In this document: positions 9,834 to 18,800 of the stretch, piece by piece
How positions within the stretch are numbered: the first letter of the stretch is position 1
Layout: the number at the start of each line of letters is the position of its first letter
From: Pirellulales bacterium
GTDB lineage: Bacteria > Planctomycetota > Planctomycetia > Pirellulales > UBA1268
DNA length: 64,000 nt
Reading direction: 5' to 3'
NCBI GenBank assembly: GCA_044370415.1
Contig: JBILVO010000005.1
Coordinates: 2,395-66,394, forward strand
Position numbers and translations under genes: made by a program
The notes under the pieces: model-generated
What the model was told of the DNA's origin: nothing
The model's input: the letters and a program-made list of their open reading frames with translations, nothing else
Databases searched by the model: none

Positions 9834-10916
9834 TCAGCGGCGGCGCTGCCGCACCGCCACCACGCACACCTCCCGGCCGCCCGTGGAGAGCTGCCTGGCC
9901 CGCGGCGTGAAGCCCCAGGCCTCGAACAGCTCCAGCCACCCCGGCAGCTCCGCGGCCCGCGACCAGTCGGGAAGCTTGAGTGTGGCGATGACGCCGGCCG
10001 GCCGCACGCCGGGGGCCGTCACGGCCCGGCCGATCGATTCGAGCGCGCTTTTGGGATCGATGTTCATATCGGCCACGATCCAGTCGCAGCCACGGAAGTC
10101 CCGCAGCTTCACCTCGCGGGCCCGCATCCGCCACTGCGTGAACCGAGGATGCGCGGCCACCCGCGGATCGACGACCGCCGGGTCGACGCCCACGACGTCG
10201 AGGCCGGCCTCGAGAAGCCGCTGGCACGCGCCGCCTGGCGCGCAACCCAGCTCGATCGCCCGCTGGCCGCGCGAGAGCGGAATCGCAAACGTCTCGATCG
10301 CCTCGTCGAGCTTCAGCCAGGCCCGCGAGACCTTGTCGGTGGCGAGTGCGACGGGGTGCATGCCGCCGGCACGCCGGCTCGCGGGCGTTCCCGCCCTATG
10401 CCAGCCCACCCACCACCGTTCGGGAGTGTCGATCACGCAGTCGAGCACGAGATCGCCGGGGGCGGCCGTCGGGGGGAGCGCAACCGGCAGCTCGTGTGCC
10501 GCCAGCAGCGCACCGCGCACCGCGACCGGGTCGGCCTCGGCCCGGGGATCGCGGCACCAGACATGCACGTTGTCCCATTGCGAGTGGGCCACCAGCTCCC
10601 GGAGGGCGGTGACCTGCTCCGGCTGGGACGGGGCCGCCACCTGACCGAGCGAACGGATCAGCGCCCGCGCATAGACGAGATCGGGGAAGAAGTCGTCGGG
10701 TGGATCGAAGTCTGTGAGCTTGAAGGTGACCACGCCCCGGCGCCAGGCCGCCTTGGAGGCCTGCGGCACAACCGCCTGCTGACGCTCGCAGAGCGCCGCC
10801 TCCGCCCCTCCCTGGCAGGTCGCCAACAGGAAGACGCCGCGGATGCGGGGGGCGGGGTGTTTCCCGCCACCCGGGAGGGAGTCTGGAGCCGAGGGCGGCG
10901 GGTGCATGGCCGCCAT
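9834..10916 (-). CDS. rlmM: 23S rRNA (cytidine-2'-O)-methyltransferase RlmM-like (THUMP-like N-domain plus FtsJ-type MTase)
   Basis: SRAWLKLDEA, ELGCAPGGACQ (SAM loop), VADMNIDP, ATLKLP and ARQL..GREVCVV align block for block with my recollection of E. coli RlmM/YgdE. The start is uncertain (Met 10916 or 10907, or ORF start 10961). Confidence 0.75.
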   Translation of the reverse strand: MAAMHPPPSAPDSLPGGGKHPAPRIRGVFLLATCQGGAEAALCERQQAVVPQASKAAWRRGVVTFKLTDFDPPDDFFPDLVYARALIRSLGQVAAPSQPEQVTALRELVAHSQWDNVHVWCRDPRAEADPVAVRGALLAAHELPVALPPTAAPGDLVLDCVIDTPERWWVGWHRAGTPASRRAGGMHPVALATDKVSRAWLKLDEAIETFAIPLSRGQRAIELGCAPGGACQRLLEAGLDVVGVDPAVVDPRVAAHPRFTQWRMRAREVKLRDFRGCDWIVADMNIDPKSALESIGRAVTAPGVRPAGVIATLKLPDWSRAAELPGWLELFEAWGFTPRARQLSTGGREVCVVAVRQRRR

Positions 10917-10953
10917 CCTAGCATCTGAAAAATGGCCGGACCGCCGCAAAAAC

Positions 10954-11006
10954 CAGGTCACGCGTCAGGTCAAAAATCAGGCCGACAGGTCAAAAAATCA
11001 GGCCGG
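10954..11006. repeat. Three direct copies of CAGGTCA, the last two inside a ~20-bp tandem unit CAGGTCAAAAA(A)TCAGGCCG
   Basis: CAGGTCA occurs at 10954, 10966 and 10986. Units 10966-10985 and 10986-11006 are near-identical. The repeat lies between the terminator hairpin and the rlmM start. Confidence 0.7.
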
Positions 11007-11034
11007 CCCGGGCGCCCAAGGGCCCGGGCCGGCC
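10992..11034 (-). terminator. Intrinsic terminator (13-bp GC stem, 8-nt loop, U6 tract) on the minus strand
   Basis: GGCCGGCCCGGGC (11001-11013) pairs with GCCCGGGCCGGCC (11022-11034). On the minus strand the hairpin is followed by TGATTTTTTG. On the plus strand it is followed by TTTCTC, so it may act in both directions. Confidence 0.6.
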
Positions 11035-11231
11035 TTTCTCGTCTGAACGTGGAACGGCCCGACTCTTATCTCGCCGAAGCGAAAGAAGGATGCCGAGCTG
11101 CGGGCCAAGCATGCCGCACGAGGCGACCCACCGGACCCGTGGAAGGCAGTCCAAGAAGACTGGCAATGGTTGGCGAAACTCCGTTTCGCCCGGCCGAGCG
11201 AGCACCCGAAGGTGCCTGCTCGACCACCTGC

Positions 11232-11294
11232 TCAGCCGTGGCCCTTCTTCTTCTTGGCGACCTTCTTGGCAGCCTTCTTCTTCTTCTTCGCCAT
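11232..11294 (-). CDS. 20-aa polylysine small ORF (MAKKKKKAAKKVAKKKKGHG)
   Basis: ATG preceded by AAGGAG with an 8-nt spacer. 11 of 20 codons are Lys and all are AAG. Stop is TGA. It is too short for the ORF track and lies in the third minus frame. See findings. Confidence 0.45.
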   Translation of the reverse strand: MAKKKKKAAKKVAKKKKGHG

Positions 11295-11453
11295 TGTGAT
11301 GGCTCCTTGCCATGAGCACCCGCACGCTTCACACGGCCATTCCCCCGGGTGCTCTCGTGGAGGGGAAAGGCCGACGTTTCGCTCCGTCCCATCGCGTCGT
11401 CGGCAACGCATTGCTGCGTTGCATGACGGCGTTTCGTGACGTCGCGAGCGTTG

Positions 11454-11515
11454 TTGTGAAGGATGGATGCGAAAACTGTCAAGAGAAATTCACCAACTTT
11501 TTTCGATTTTTTCGG
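11454..11515 (-). promoter_or_regulatory. Candidate promoter: A-tract UP-like element plus TTGACA -35 and a weak -10
   Basis: Minus strand reads CCGAAAAAATCGAAAAAAGTTGGTGAATTTCTC-TTGACA-16/17 nt-TTCACA/TCACAA. It is a strikingly A/T-rich island in a high-GC genome, about 160 nt upstream of the polylysine ORF. Confidence 0.3.
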
Positions 11516-11580
11516 CGGCAACACACCGGCATGACACGGTGGAGAGCGGTGCCGGACCGTCGTCGGGCGTCACGCACGTG

Positions 11581-12816
11581 TCACGCGCGTGTCACAAGCG
11601 TGGCGTCGCCGCGGCCGCTCGCATGCGCACTGGCCCAGTCGACGAGCATCGCGAACTGCGCAGCGAAGGCCTGCTCTGTGACGCCGATCGGGCTCTTGAA
11701 GAAGCAGGCCAGCCAGGGGATGGCGCCGTATTCGCCGGCCCGCCGGGCCCGGTCCACCAGCCGCACCAGATCGAGCACCAGCGGCGCGGCGAGGATCGAG
11801 TCGCAGCCCTGCCAGGTGAACTGCATGGTCATCGGCGTGCCGAGGAACCCGCGGAAATGGATGTGGTCCCAGGCGGTCTTCCAGTCGCCGAGGCTCCGGA
11901 TGTATTCGATCGAGACGTGCGTCTGGGGCGGGTAGCCGAGGATGCCGGCGAGCAGGTGGTCCTTGCTCCGCACCTTGGTCGCCTTGTTCCGGGGGTCGTC
12001 GAGCACCTTGCCGTCCATGTTGCCAAAGATGTTGTGACCGACCCAGCTCATCACCTCCAGGTGGCGGGCGGCGAACATCGGCGCGAGCACGCTCTTGAGA
12101 AGTGTTTCCCCGGTCTTTCCGTCGCAGCCGGCATGGGCGATCCGCCGCTCCAGGGCCGCCTCCTGCAGGGCCGCCGGCGTGGCGCCCGTCGACGGGGTGA
12201 AGTTGATGTAGGACGCGCCGGCGCCAAAGGCGGCCAGCGCGTAAAGGCTGCTGGCGGGGAGCGGGCAGGCGGTCGGATCGTCAAGCAGCGGATCGAGTTC
12301 CCGGAGGTCGCGCGGGATCGGCAGCGACGCGGGGGGCTCGGTGGAGGCGAGGTTCACCACGACGACGTGGCCGAGCTTCTCGGCGGCGGCGAAGGCGAGG
12401 ATGTCGGCCCGCACCCGGTCGATCGCCTGCCGAGGCGTCTCCACGCGGGCCACGATCGCGGCGTCGGCCAGTTCGCGGATCTTGTCCCCCGCCGCCACCA
12501 CCGTGCCCGGCCGTAGCCGCGACTCGACCTCGGCGAGGAAGTCGTCGGCATGGTCGATCAGCTCAGGCAGGATCGCGCGGCTGTCCGTCCACATCCGCCG
12601 GGCCTCGTCGGCCAGCCCGCCGGGCCGGATGTCGTGCCCCCCCACCACGATGTCGTCGAAGCCGACGAGATCGAGCGTCGTGAAGGGCTCGAGCTCGGTC
12701 ACGAGGCCGACGGGAGCGATCGCGTTGCGGGCGAGGTTCGCCAGCCCCGTCATCACGGTGGTGGCGACGCCACCCTTGGCTCCGATGAGCCACAGACCGA
12801 TGCGGCTGCCTGGCAT
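11581..12816 (-). CDS. ino1: myo-Inositol-1-phosphate synthase
   Basis: 411 aa. It has GLWLIGAKGGVATT (NAD-binding N-terminus), VVVNLASTE, and SLGDWKTAWDHIHFRGFLG, characteristic of bacterial/archaeal MIPS. Confidence 0.85.
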   Translation of the reverse strand: MPGSRIGLWLIGAKGGVATTVMTGLANLARNAIAPVGLVTELEPFTTLDLVGFDDIVVGGHDIRPGGLADEARRMWTDSRAILPELIDHADDFLAEVESRLRPGTVVAAGDKIRELADAAIVARVETPRQAIDRVRADILAFAAAEKLGHVVVVNLASTEPPASLPIPRDLRELDPLLDDPTACPLPASSLYALAAFGAGASYINFTPSTGATPAALQEAALERRIAHAGCDGKTGETLLKSVLAPMFAARHLEVMSWVGHNIFGNMDGKVLDDPRNKATKVRSKDHLLAGILGYPPQTHVSIEYIRSLGDWKTAWDHIHFRGFLGTPMTMQFTWQGCDSILAAPLVLDLVRLVDRARRAGEYGAIPWLACFFKSPIGVTEQAFAAQFAMLVDWASAHASGRGDATLVTRA

Positions 12817-12962
12817 GGGGTCGACTTTCCGGACGGAGGGCCGCGGGCCGCCGGGGACGCCGGCAACTGGGAATCGACGCGGCCCTTGGTATCATCATCT
12901 TCTCACGGAGAAAAGCATCACGCAAAGGAGGCGGGCGCGAAGGCCCGCGGCACGAAGACCGC

Positions 12963-14186
12963 ATGGCTCCCGAGACGAAGGCAGTGCCCCACGCGTCCAC
13001 CGACAGCCTCCATCTGGCCCGCCGCATGCGGGCGCTCGAGCCCTCGGCCACGCTGGCGATGGCCGCCCGTGCCGCGGCCATGACCGCCGCCGGCGTGGAT
13101 GTGGTGGATCTGTCGGTGGGTGAGCCCGACTTCCCCACCCCGCTCCACATCTGCCAGGCCGCCGAGGCCGCGATCCGGGCCGGCCGCACCAAGTACACGC
13201 CCGCCGCCGGCATCCCGGCGCTCAAGCAGGCCGTGGCCGCCGACTACACCCGCCGCACCGGCCTGGCGGTCACGCCGGCCCAGGTGGTCGTGTCCAACGG
13301 GGCGAAGCACGCGCTGCACAACGCGTTCACCGCGCTGCTCGACGAGGGCGACGAGGTGATCGTGCCCACCCCCTACTGGGTCAGCTACGCGGAGCTCATC
13401 AAGCTCTCGGGCGCGAAGCCTGTGCTCGTGTCGACCCGCATCGAGGACGACTTCAAGCTGCGGCCCGAGGCGTTGCGGGCGGCGCTCACGCCCGCCACGC
13501 GGATGCTCCTTTTGTGCACGCCGAGCAACCCGACCGGCGTGGTCTACACGGCCGACGAGCTGCGGCAGCTGGCCGACATCGCCATCGAGGCCGACCTCGC
13601 GGTGGTGTCGGACGAGATCTACGACCAGCTCGTCTTCGACGGCCGCTCGGCCGTGTCGTTCCCGACCCTGCGGCCCGGACTCGAGCAGCGGACCGTCGTG
13701 GTCGCCGGCGTCAGCAAGACCTACTCGATGACGGGCTGGCGGATCGGCTGGACGATCTGCCCGGAGCCGCTCGCGAAGGCGATCGGCAACCTGCAGAGCC
13801 AGGAGACGAGCAACCCGTGCAGCGTCAGCCAGCACGCGGCCGTAGCGGCCCTCACCGGGCCGCAGGAGTGCGTGGCCGAGATGTGCCGGGCGTTCCAGCG
13901 TCGCCGTGACCTCGTCGCCGCGCGGCTCGCCGCGATGCCCGGCATCCGACTGCCCGCGATCGGGGGCGCCTTCTACGCCTTCTTCGACATCGGTCAGCAC
14001 CTGCGGAAAGGCCGCGACGGCATCACGACCAGCATGCAGTGGTGCGAGGCGCTCCTGGAGAAGGAGCACGTCGCCCTGGTGGCCGGCAGTGCCTTCGGTG
14101 CCGAAGGGCACGTGAGGATGTCGTTCGCGGCCTCGGAGGAGAAGCTCGCCGAGGGTCTCGACCGGATCGAGCGGTTCTTGCGGTAG
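12963..14186 (+). CDS. PLP-dependent aminotransferase class I (aspartate aminotransferase-like)
   Basis: It has LSVGEPDFPTP, NPTG, and the SKTYSMTGWRIGW PLP-lysine motif. Confidence 0.9.
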   Translation: MAPETKAVPHASTDSLHLARRMRALEPSATLAMAARAAAMTAAGVDVVDLSVGEPDFPTPLHICQAAEAAIRAGRTKYTPAAGIPALKQAVAADYTRRTGLAVTPAQVVVSNGAKHALHNAFTALLDEGDEVIVPTPYWVSYAELIKLSGAKPVLVSTRIEDDFKLRPEALRAALTPATRMLLLCTPSNPTGVVYTADELRQLADIAIEADLAVVSDEIYDQLVFDGRSAVSFPTLRPGLEQRTVVVAGVSKTYSMTGWRIGWTICPEPLAKAIGNLQSQETSNPCSVSQHAAVAALTGPQECVAEMCRAFQRRRDLVAARLAAMPGIRLPAIGGAFYAFFDIGQHLRKGRDGITTSMQWCEALLEKEHVALVAGSAFGAEGHVRMSFAASEEKLAEGLDRIERFLR

Positions 14187-14266
14187 CACGCCGCCGCAGA
14201 CGCCAGTCTGCTGATTGAGCCAGCCATTTCGGCCGGCGGCCATGGATGGCTTGTGGAACGTGAAGG

Positions 14267-14932
14267 CTAAAGCGGCAGAGCCCGCAGGTCGCGGAACTCG
14301 ACCTTCATCACGAGGCCGCCGTGGATCTGCAGGCCGATCGGGCCGGGGTCTTTGTACGTGGCGCTCGTGTACTGCGAGACCTTCTCGCCGTTGAGCCAGA
14401 CGGTGAAGGTGTCTCCCTTCGCCTCGACGCGGATCCTGTTCCACTCGCCGGGCTTGAGGAGTTCCGCCGCCCGGGGTGCCTGTGCCTCTTCCGGATAGGT
14501 GCCGACGTAGAACGAGCAGGTCATGTCGCGCTTCAGGCTCCGCGACACGCCGATCTGCACCTGCACCTCGGGCTTCCGCAGCATGAAGCCGCTGTCGATC
14601 TCGCCCGTGAACCGCACCTCCCCTTCTACGATCACGTCGCCGTACGATTTTTCGGTGTAGAGCATCGAGCCCTTCTTCTGCTCGTCGCTCTGCCCGACGA
14701 TCACGCCGTCCACGACCTTCCAGTAGGGCTGCTCCGGCAGCGTCCAGCCGGAGAAATCCCGGCCGTTGAAGATCGGCGGCAGGCTCGCGGTCGGAGGCAC
14801 TTGGGCTTCCGCGCCGGCTGCGAAGCACAGGGCGGCCACGAAGACGGCCGGCGCGGCCAGGCCACGCCATGCGGCGGCGGGGTAGGATGTCGCGGCGGCA
14901 TGCCGGGCTTTGCAGCGGGCGGGCGTGGACAT
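14267..14932 (-). CDS. Secreted DUF1080 (3-keto-disaccharide hydrolase-like) domain protein
   Basis: ORF 14267..15538 trimmed to Met 14932, with signal AAPAVFVAALCFAAGAEA. FNGRDFSGW...W.V.DGVI, NGEKV and GPIGLQIHG blocks are typical of DUF1080. Confidence 0.8.
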   Translation of the reverse strand: MSTPARCKARHAAATSYPAAAWRGLAAPAVFVAALCFAAGAEAQVPPTASLPPIFNGRDFSGWTLPEQPYWKVVDGVIVGQSDEQKKGSMLYTEKSYGDVIVEGEVRFTGEIDSGFMLRKPEVQVQIGVSRSLKRDMTCSFYVGTYPEEAQAPRAAELLKPGEWNRIRVEAKGDTFTVWLNGEKVSQYTSATYKDPGPIGLQIHGGLVMKVEFRDLRALPL

Positions 14933-15048
14933 GGGCGGAATCCCTGGGGAGTGACGAACGGCCGGGACGACGCGCGGGTGGCGCGGCTCGCGGCAGTATA
15001 CGGTGCCGCATGGCCCGGCGGCCGCACCCAGCGGCGGCGCCCCTCGCC

Positions 15049-15813
15049 ATGCCTGACCGTGCACCCGTGTCTGTCCATCCTCGAGAGGAGGCGAGCGTGG
15101 AGCGAGCGGAGGGGCGGCCCGATCCGGAGGCGGTGGGCATCGTGCTGGCGGGCGGCAGGGCGACGCGGCTCGGGGCCGTGGCGGCGTCCGGCAAGGCATG
15201 GCTCGAGCTCGACGGGCGGACATTCCTCGAGCGGGTGTGTGCGGCACTGTCACCGGAGGTCGCGGCGGTCGTGGTGGTGGCGGCCGACGGAGCCGATCTG
15301 CCCCCGGTGGCCGGGGCCACGGTGGTCCGCGACACCGTGCCGGCTGCGGGGCCGCTCGCGGCAATCCGCGACGGCATCCGCGCCGCGGTCGCGGCGACCT
15401 CGCCACCACCCCGGCGGTTCGTCGTGGTCTCCTGCGACGTGCCGCTGGTGCGCCGGGAAATGATCCGGCTGCTCCTGCAGGCCGCGCGTGAGGGCGTGGC
15501 TGGTGAGGGCGTGGGCGGGGAGAAGGGGGCGGCAGCACCGACCGGCGCGGACGTCCTCTGGACCCTGCCGGTCGCGCACGGCCACCTGCAGGTGCTCGTG
15601 TCTGTGTTCGACGTGCGGATGCTTTCGCGGCTGGAGTCCTGGCTGGCGGCGGGCCGCCGCGACCCGCGCGGCCTGGCCACGAGCCTGCTCGCCGACGAGC
15701 CGTCCGCGGTGCGGCTGGTCGACGAGCCCCTGCTGGCGACGGCCGACCCGACGCTGGCGTCGTTCATGGACGTCGACACGCCTGAGGATCTCCGGCGGCT
15801 TGCATCGAGCTGA
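15049..15813 (+). CDS. mobA: Molybdenum cofactor guanylyltransferase
   Basis: It has GIVLAGGRATRLG, the GPLAAI loop, VVSCDVPLV, and a C-terminal DVDTPEDL. The start is uncertain (Met 15049 or a downstream GTG). Confidence 0.75.
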   Translation: MPDRAPVSVHPREEASVERAEGRPDPEAVGIVLAGGRATRLGAVAASGKAWLELDGRTFLERVCAALSPEVAAVVVVAADGADLPPVAGATVVRDTVPAAGPLAAIRDGIRAAVAATSPPPRRFVVVSCDVPLVRREMIRLLLQAAREGVAGEGVGGEKGAAAPTGADVLWTLPVAHGHLQVLVSVFDVRMLSRLESWLAAGRRDPRGLATSLLADEPSAVRLVDEPLLATADPTLASFMDVDTPEDLRRLASS

Positions 15814-15878
15814 GTGCGCCGCGACCGCCTGCGATATTCGGCTTCGCGGCAGGCACCCCCTCTTCCTATACTCCGGGC

Positions 15879-18800
15879 ATGCGCTCGCGACACTCGAGAA
15901 CTGCCGGCGGCCGGCCGCGGCGGCGGCCGCTCGTCTGGCTCGTGGGACTGGCCACCCTGGCGGCGGCCGTGTGGTTCGCGCCGGCGGTCGCGGTGCTCAC
16001 GCGGCTGCGCGATCGGCCGCTGGAGATGGCGCTGGCCGGCATCGACGGACACGTCGCCAGCCGCGCCGCCGTGTGGCGCTGGTGGGGCGGCATCGAATAT
16101 CGCGACGTGACGCTCTGCGACCGGCAGGGGCGTCCGCTCGTGGCGGTGCCGCGGCTGGTGATCGATCGCGGGCTCGTCGGGCTGCTTGTCAGGCCGCGGG
16201 ACCTGGGCACCGTGCGGCTGGTGGGGGGCGAGGTGCTCGTCGAGGTCCGCCCCGGCGGCAGCTCGATCGAGGACGTGCTCGCCCCGTGGCTGGCGTCCGC
16301 CAGCCAGTCCACCGTGTCGCCGCCATCGTTCGAGCTGGAGGTGGTCGATGCCGCCGTCGAGCTCGTCGACCTCGCCCGCGACGATGCGTGGCGGATCACC
16401 GACATCCTGGCCGCCGGCACGGTGCGGCCCGACGCCACGCTGGCCGGCTGGACCATCTCCGGCAGGGCGCGGTACGCGGGCGAGCCGCTGCGGGATCTCG
16501 CCGCGGCGGCGAACCGTGTCGCCTCCGATCGCGCGCGGCATTCCGCCGGGCCGGGCGGGCAGCCTGCCGTCGACACCGCGTCATCCTCTGCGCGGCTCGA
16601 TCGCACCACGGTGGCGGCGGGCGCGACGGCCATCCTCGCGCGCGATGGCGGCTGGTCGGTGTCTTCTCCCGACGTGCCAGTGACCGCGGCGGAGGCGGCC
16701 GCCGTTCCGCGGTCGCTGGCGGTGGCCGCCACCCGGCTGCCGTTGGGCGTGACGAGCGTCGCCGCCACCAGGTTCGCGTGGACGCACGTGCTCGATGGCC
16801 TCGTCGACGTGCGGCTCGACATCTCGCTGCCGCCGTCCTCCGGCGGCGCCGCAGGCGGCGGGCTGACGAATCCGGGCCGGCGACCCCCGTCGACGGGCCT
16901 GGGCGTGTCGGGGGTCGTGTCGGGCACGAAGCTGGCCTTCTGCGGGTCAGACACGCTCGCCGAGATCGTGACGCTCGACCGCGCCGAGATGCCGCTGGAC
17001 ATCTCGGTCGAGGGGGAGCGGGTGGTCGTCAGGTCGCTCGCGGTGTCGTCGCGGCTGTTCAGCGCCGAGGCGTCGGGCCGCATCCGCCTGCCGGTCGGAG
17101 ATTCGTGGGACTGGGCAGAGGCGCTCGTGACCGAGGATTTCGCGGTGGCCGTGGACGTCGATCTGGCCGCGGCGGCGCGGGCCATGCCCGCGGGGCTGGC
17201 CGTGCGTCCGGACGTGCGTGTCACCGGCGGCCAGGTGCAGCTGACCGCGGCGTCCCGGGCGGACGGCCACGACAGGGTGCTCGAGGTCAGGACGTCGTCG
17301 CGGGACGTCGCGGCCATCCAGACCGTTCCGGCGGCGCCCGAGCAGCAGGCCGCCGGCGCGGCCGTCGAGGAGCGTCTCCTGCGGTGGAGCGAGCCGTTCA
17401 CCGGGTGGCTGCGCGGCCGGCGCGGGCCGGCCCGGGGCGATCGGCTGCGGATCGAGGAGGCGCGGCTGGCGTCACCGGCGATCGAGGTCTCGGCCGCCGG
17501 CACCGCCGCATCCGCAGCGGTGCAGTGGACGATCGACCTCGGCGGGCTGGCCGCCGAGGCGGCGGAGGTGATCGACCTCGCGGGCGCGCGGCTGCAGGGC
17601 AGCGCCCGCGGCCGCATCGACGTCGACCGCGTGGCGAACGCGGCCACCTCGCGGGTGAAGCTGTCGGCCAGCCTGACCGAGTTCGAGTTCACCAGACCCG
17701 GGGCGGCCTCGTGGCGGGATCCCGAGCTGACGCTCGTGGCCGAGGGCTCGGGGGGCATGGCCGGCGCCGCCGTCCTGGTCGATCGCGGGCATGCCCTCCT
17801 CTCTGCCGCCGACGACTCGCTCGAGGTGACGCTCACCGGAGGGGCCCTGATCAATCCCTGGCTCGGCGGGGAGGCCGCGGGCCGTGGCATGCCGTGGCTG
17901 CGGGCGGCTCCCGGCGCAGAACCGCTGGCCGCGGACTGCTCGCTCACGGGAGAGCTGTCGCGGTGGTGCCCGCGCTGGGCGGCAGTCATGGGTCCGCGCG
18001 GTGGCCTCGGCGACGTGGAGGTGGCCGGCCGCCTGAAGGCGCAGGCAGTCCTCACGGCGCAGGGCGATGCCTGGCAGATCACACGGGCCGGCGGCGAGAT
18101 CGAAAAGCTGTCGGTGCGGGTCGCTGACCGCAGGATCGTCGAGCCGCGCGTCGTGGCCACGGCCGCCGGCCGCTGGAACGCTGGCAACGGCGCGGTCGAG
18201 ATCTCCTCGGCCGAATTCCTCACCGCGACGCTCTCGGTGCGCACTGGTGGATGCACCCTCCTGCCCGCCAGCGGCCGGCTGGGAGCGACCGGTGCCGTCG
18301 ATGCGTTCGTCGACCGGCTTCGCGGCAAGGTGCAGTGGCAGTGCGACCTGGGGCGGATCGAACGCTGGCTGCTGCCGACGACCGTGGCGGACCGCTGGCC
18401 GGTCGGAGGGCGGGGATGGGGCACGGCGGAGCTCGTCGACACGCCGCTGGGACTCAACGTGCTCGTGGAGGCCACCGGGAGCCAGCTGTCGCTCGCGAGC
18501 CGGCCCGCTGGACGCGGCCGGGGCGACGAGGCGGTTGCCGGCGGTGCGGGGGCTGCGGTTGGCGGCGCTGGGTCTTTTGCCGGTGGCGCTGGCGCGGCCC
18601 TGTGGAGCGAGCCGCGGGCGACGCTCGTCGCGGAGGTGACCTGCCCGCGGGGGTCCGCCGGCGACCGCATGACGGTCAACCGTCTCGCCGTCGAGTCGTC
18701 GACGGCCGCCGTCGCGGCCGCGGGCAGCATCGAAGGTTGGTCCTCGCGGCGACTGCTCGAGCTCGGCGGCAACGTCGCCTACGACTGGGAGCAGGTGTCG

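Noticed and set aside
11359-11370. GGAGGGGAAAGG, which resembles the RNase P RNA GAGGAAAG core. I also considered tmRNA, 6S and SRP RNA for the 10990-11500 transcript.
   Set aside because: The flanking sequence does not continue into the conserved RNase P P4 element or other elements. There is no tmRNA-like tag reading frame ending in Ala-Ala. I cannot support an ncRNA family call without a covariance-model scan.
10990-11524. ORF-track entries around the polylysine sORF: 10990-11325(-), 11066-11524(-), 11090-11299(+) and 11170-11439(+).
   Set aside because: These are poly-Glu, poly-Arg or poly-Ser/Phe translations of the same AAG/CTT repeat in the wrong frames. None has a plausible RBS. Only the Lys frame has a canonical AAGGAG-N8-ATG.
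14186-14267. Imperfect inverted repeat (GCCAGCCAT...ATGGATGGC) between the convergent aminotransferase and DUF1080 genes, considered as a bidirectional terminator.
   Set aside because: The stem has one mismatch, the loop is 14 nt, and neither side has a T-tract. The support is insufficient.
12918-16541. A very long ORF (1207 aa, minus strand). Similar giants occur at 15866-18772(-), 15488-18127(+), 17472-19610(-), 18779-21313(-), 30743-32866(-), 38195-40924(-), 43094-44689(-), 47382-48920(-), 59124-61250(-) and 58282-59946(-).
   Set aside because: All are extremely rich in Arg, Pro, Gly and Ala, with no recognisable motifs. Each lies antisense or out of frame to a gene with clear family signatures (aminotransferase, AsmA-like, ATPase, lnt, ffh and so on). 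This is the typical high-GC shadow-ORF artefact.
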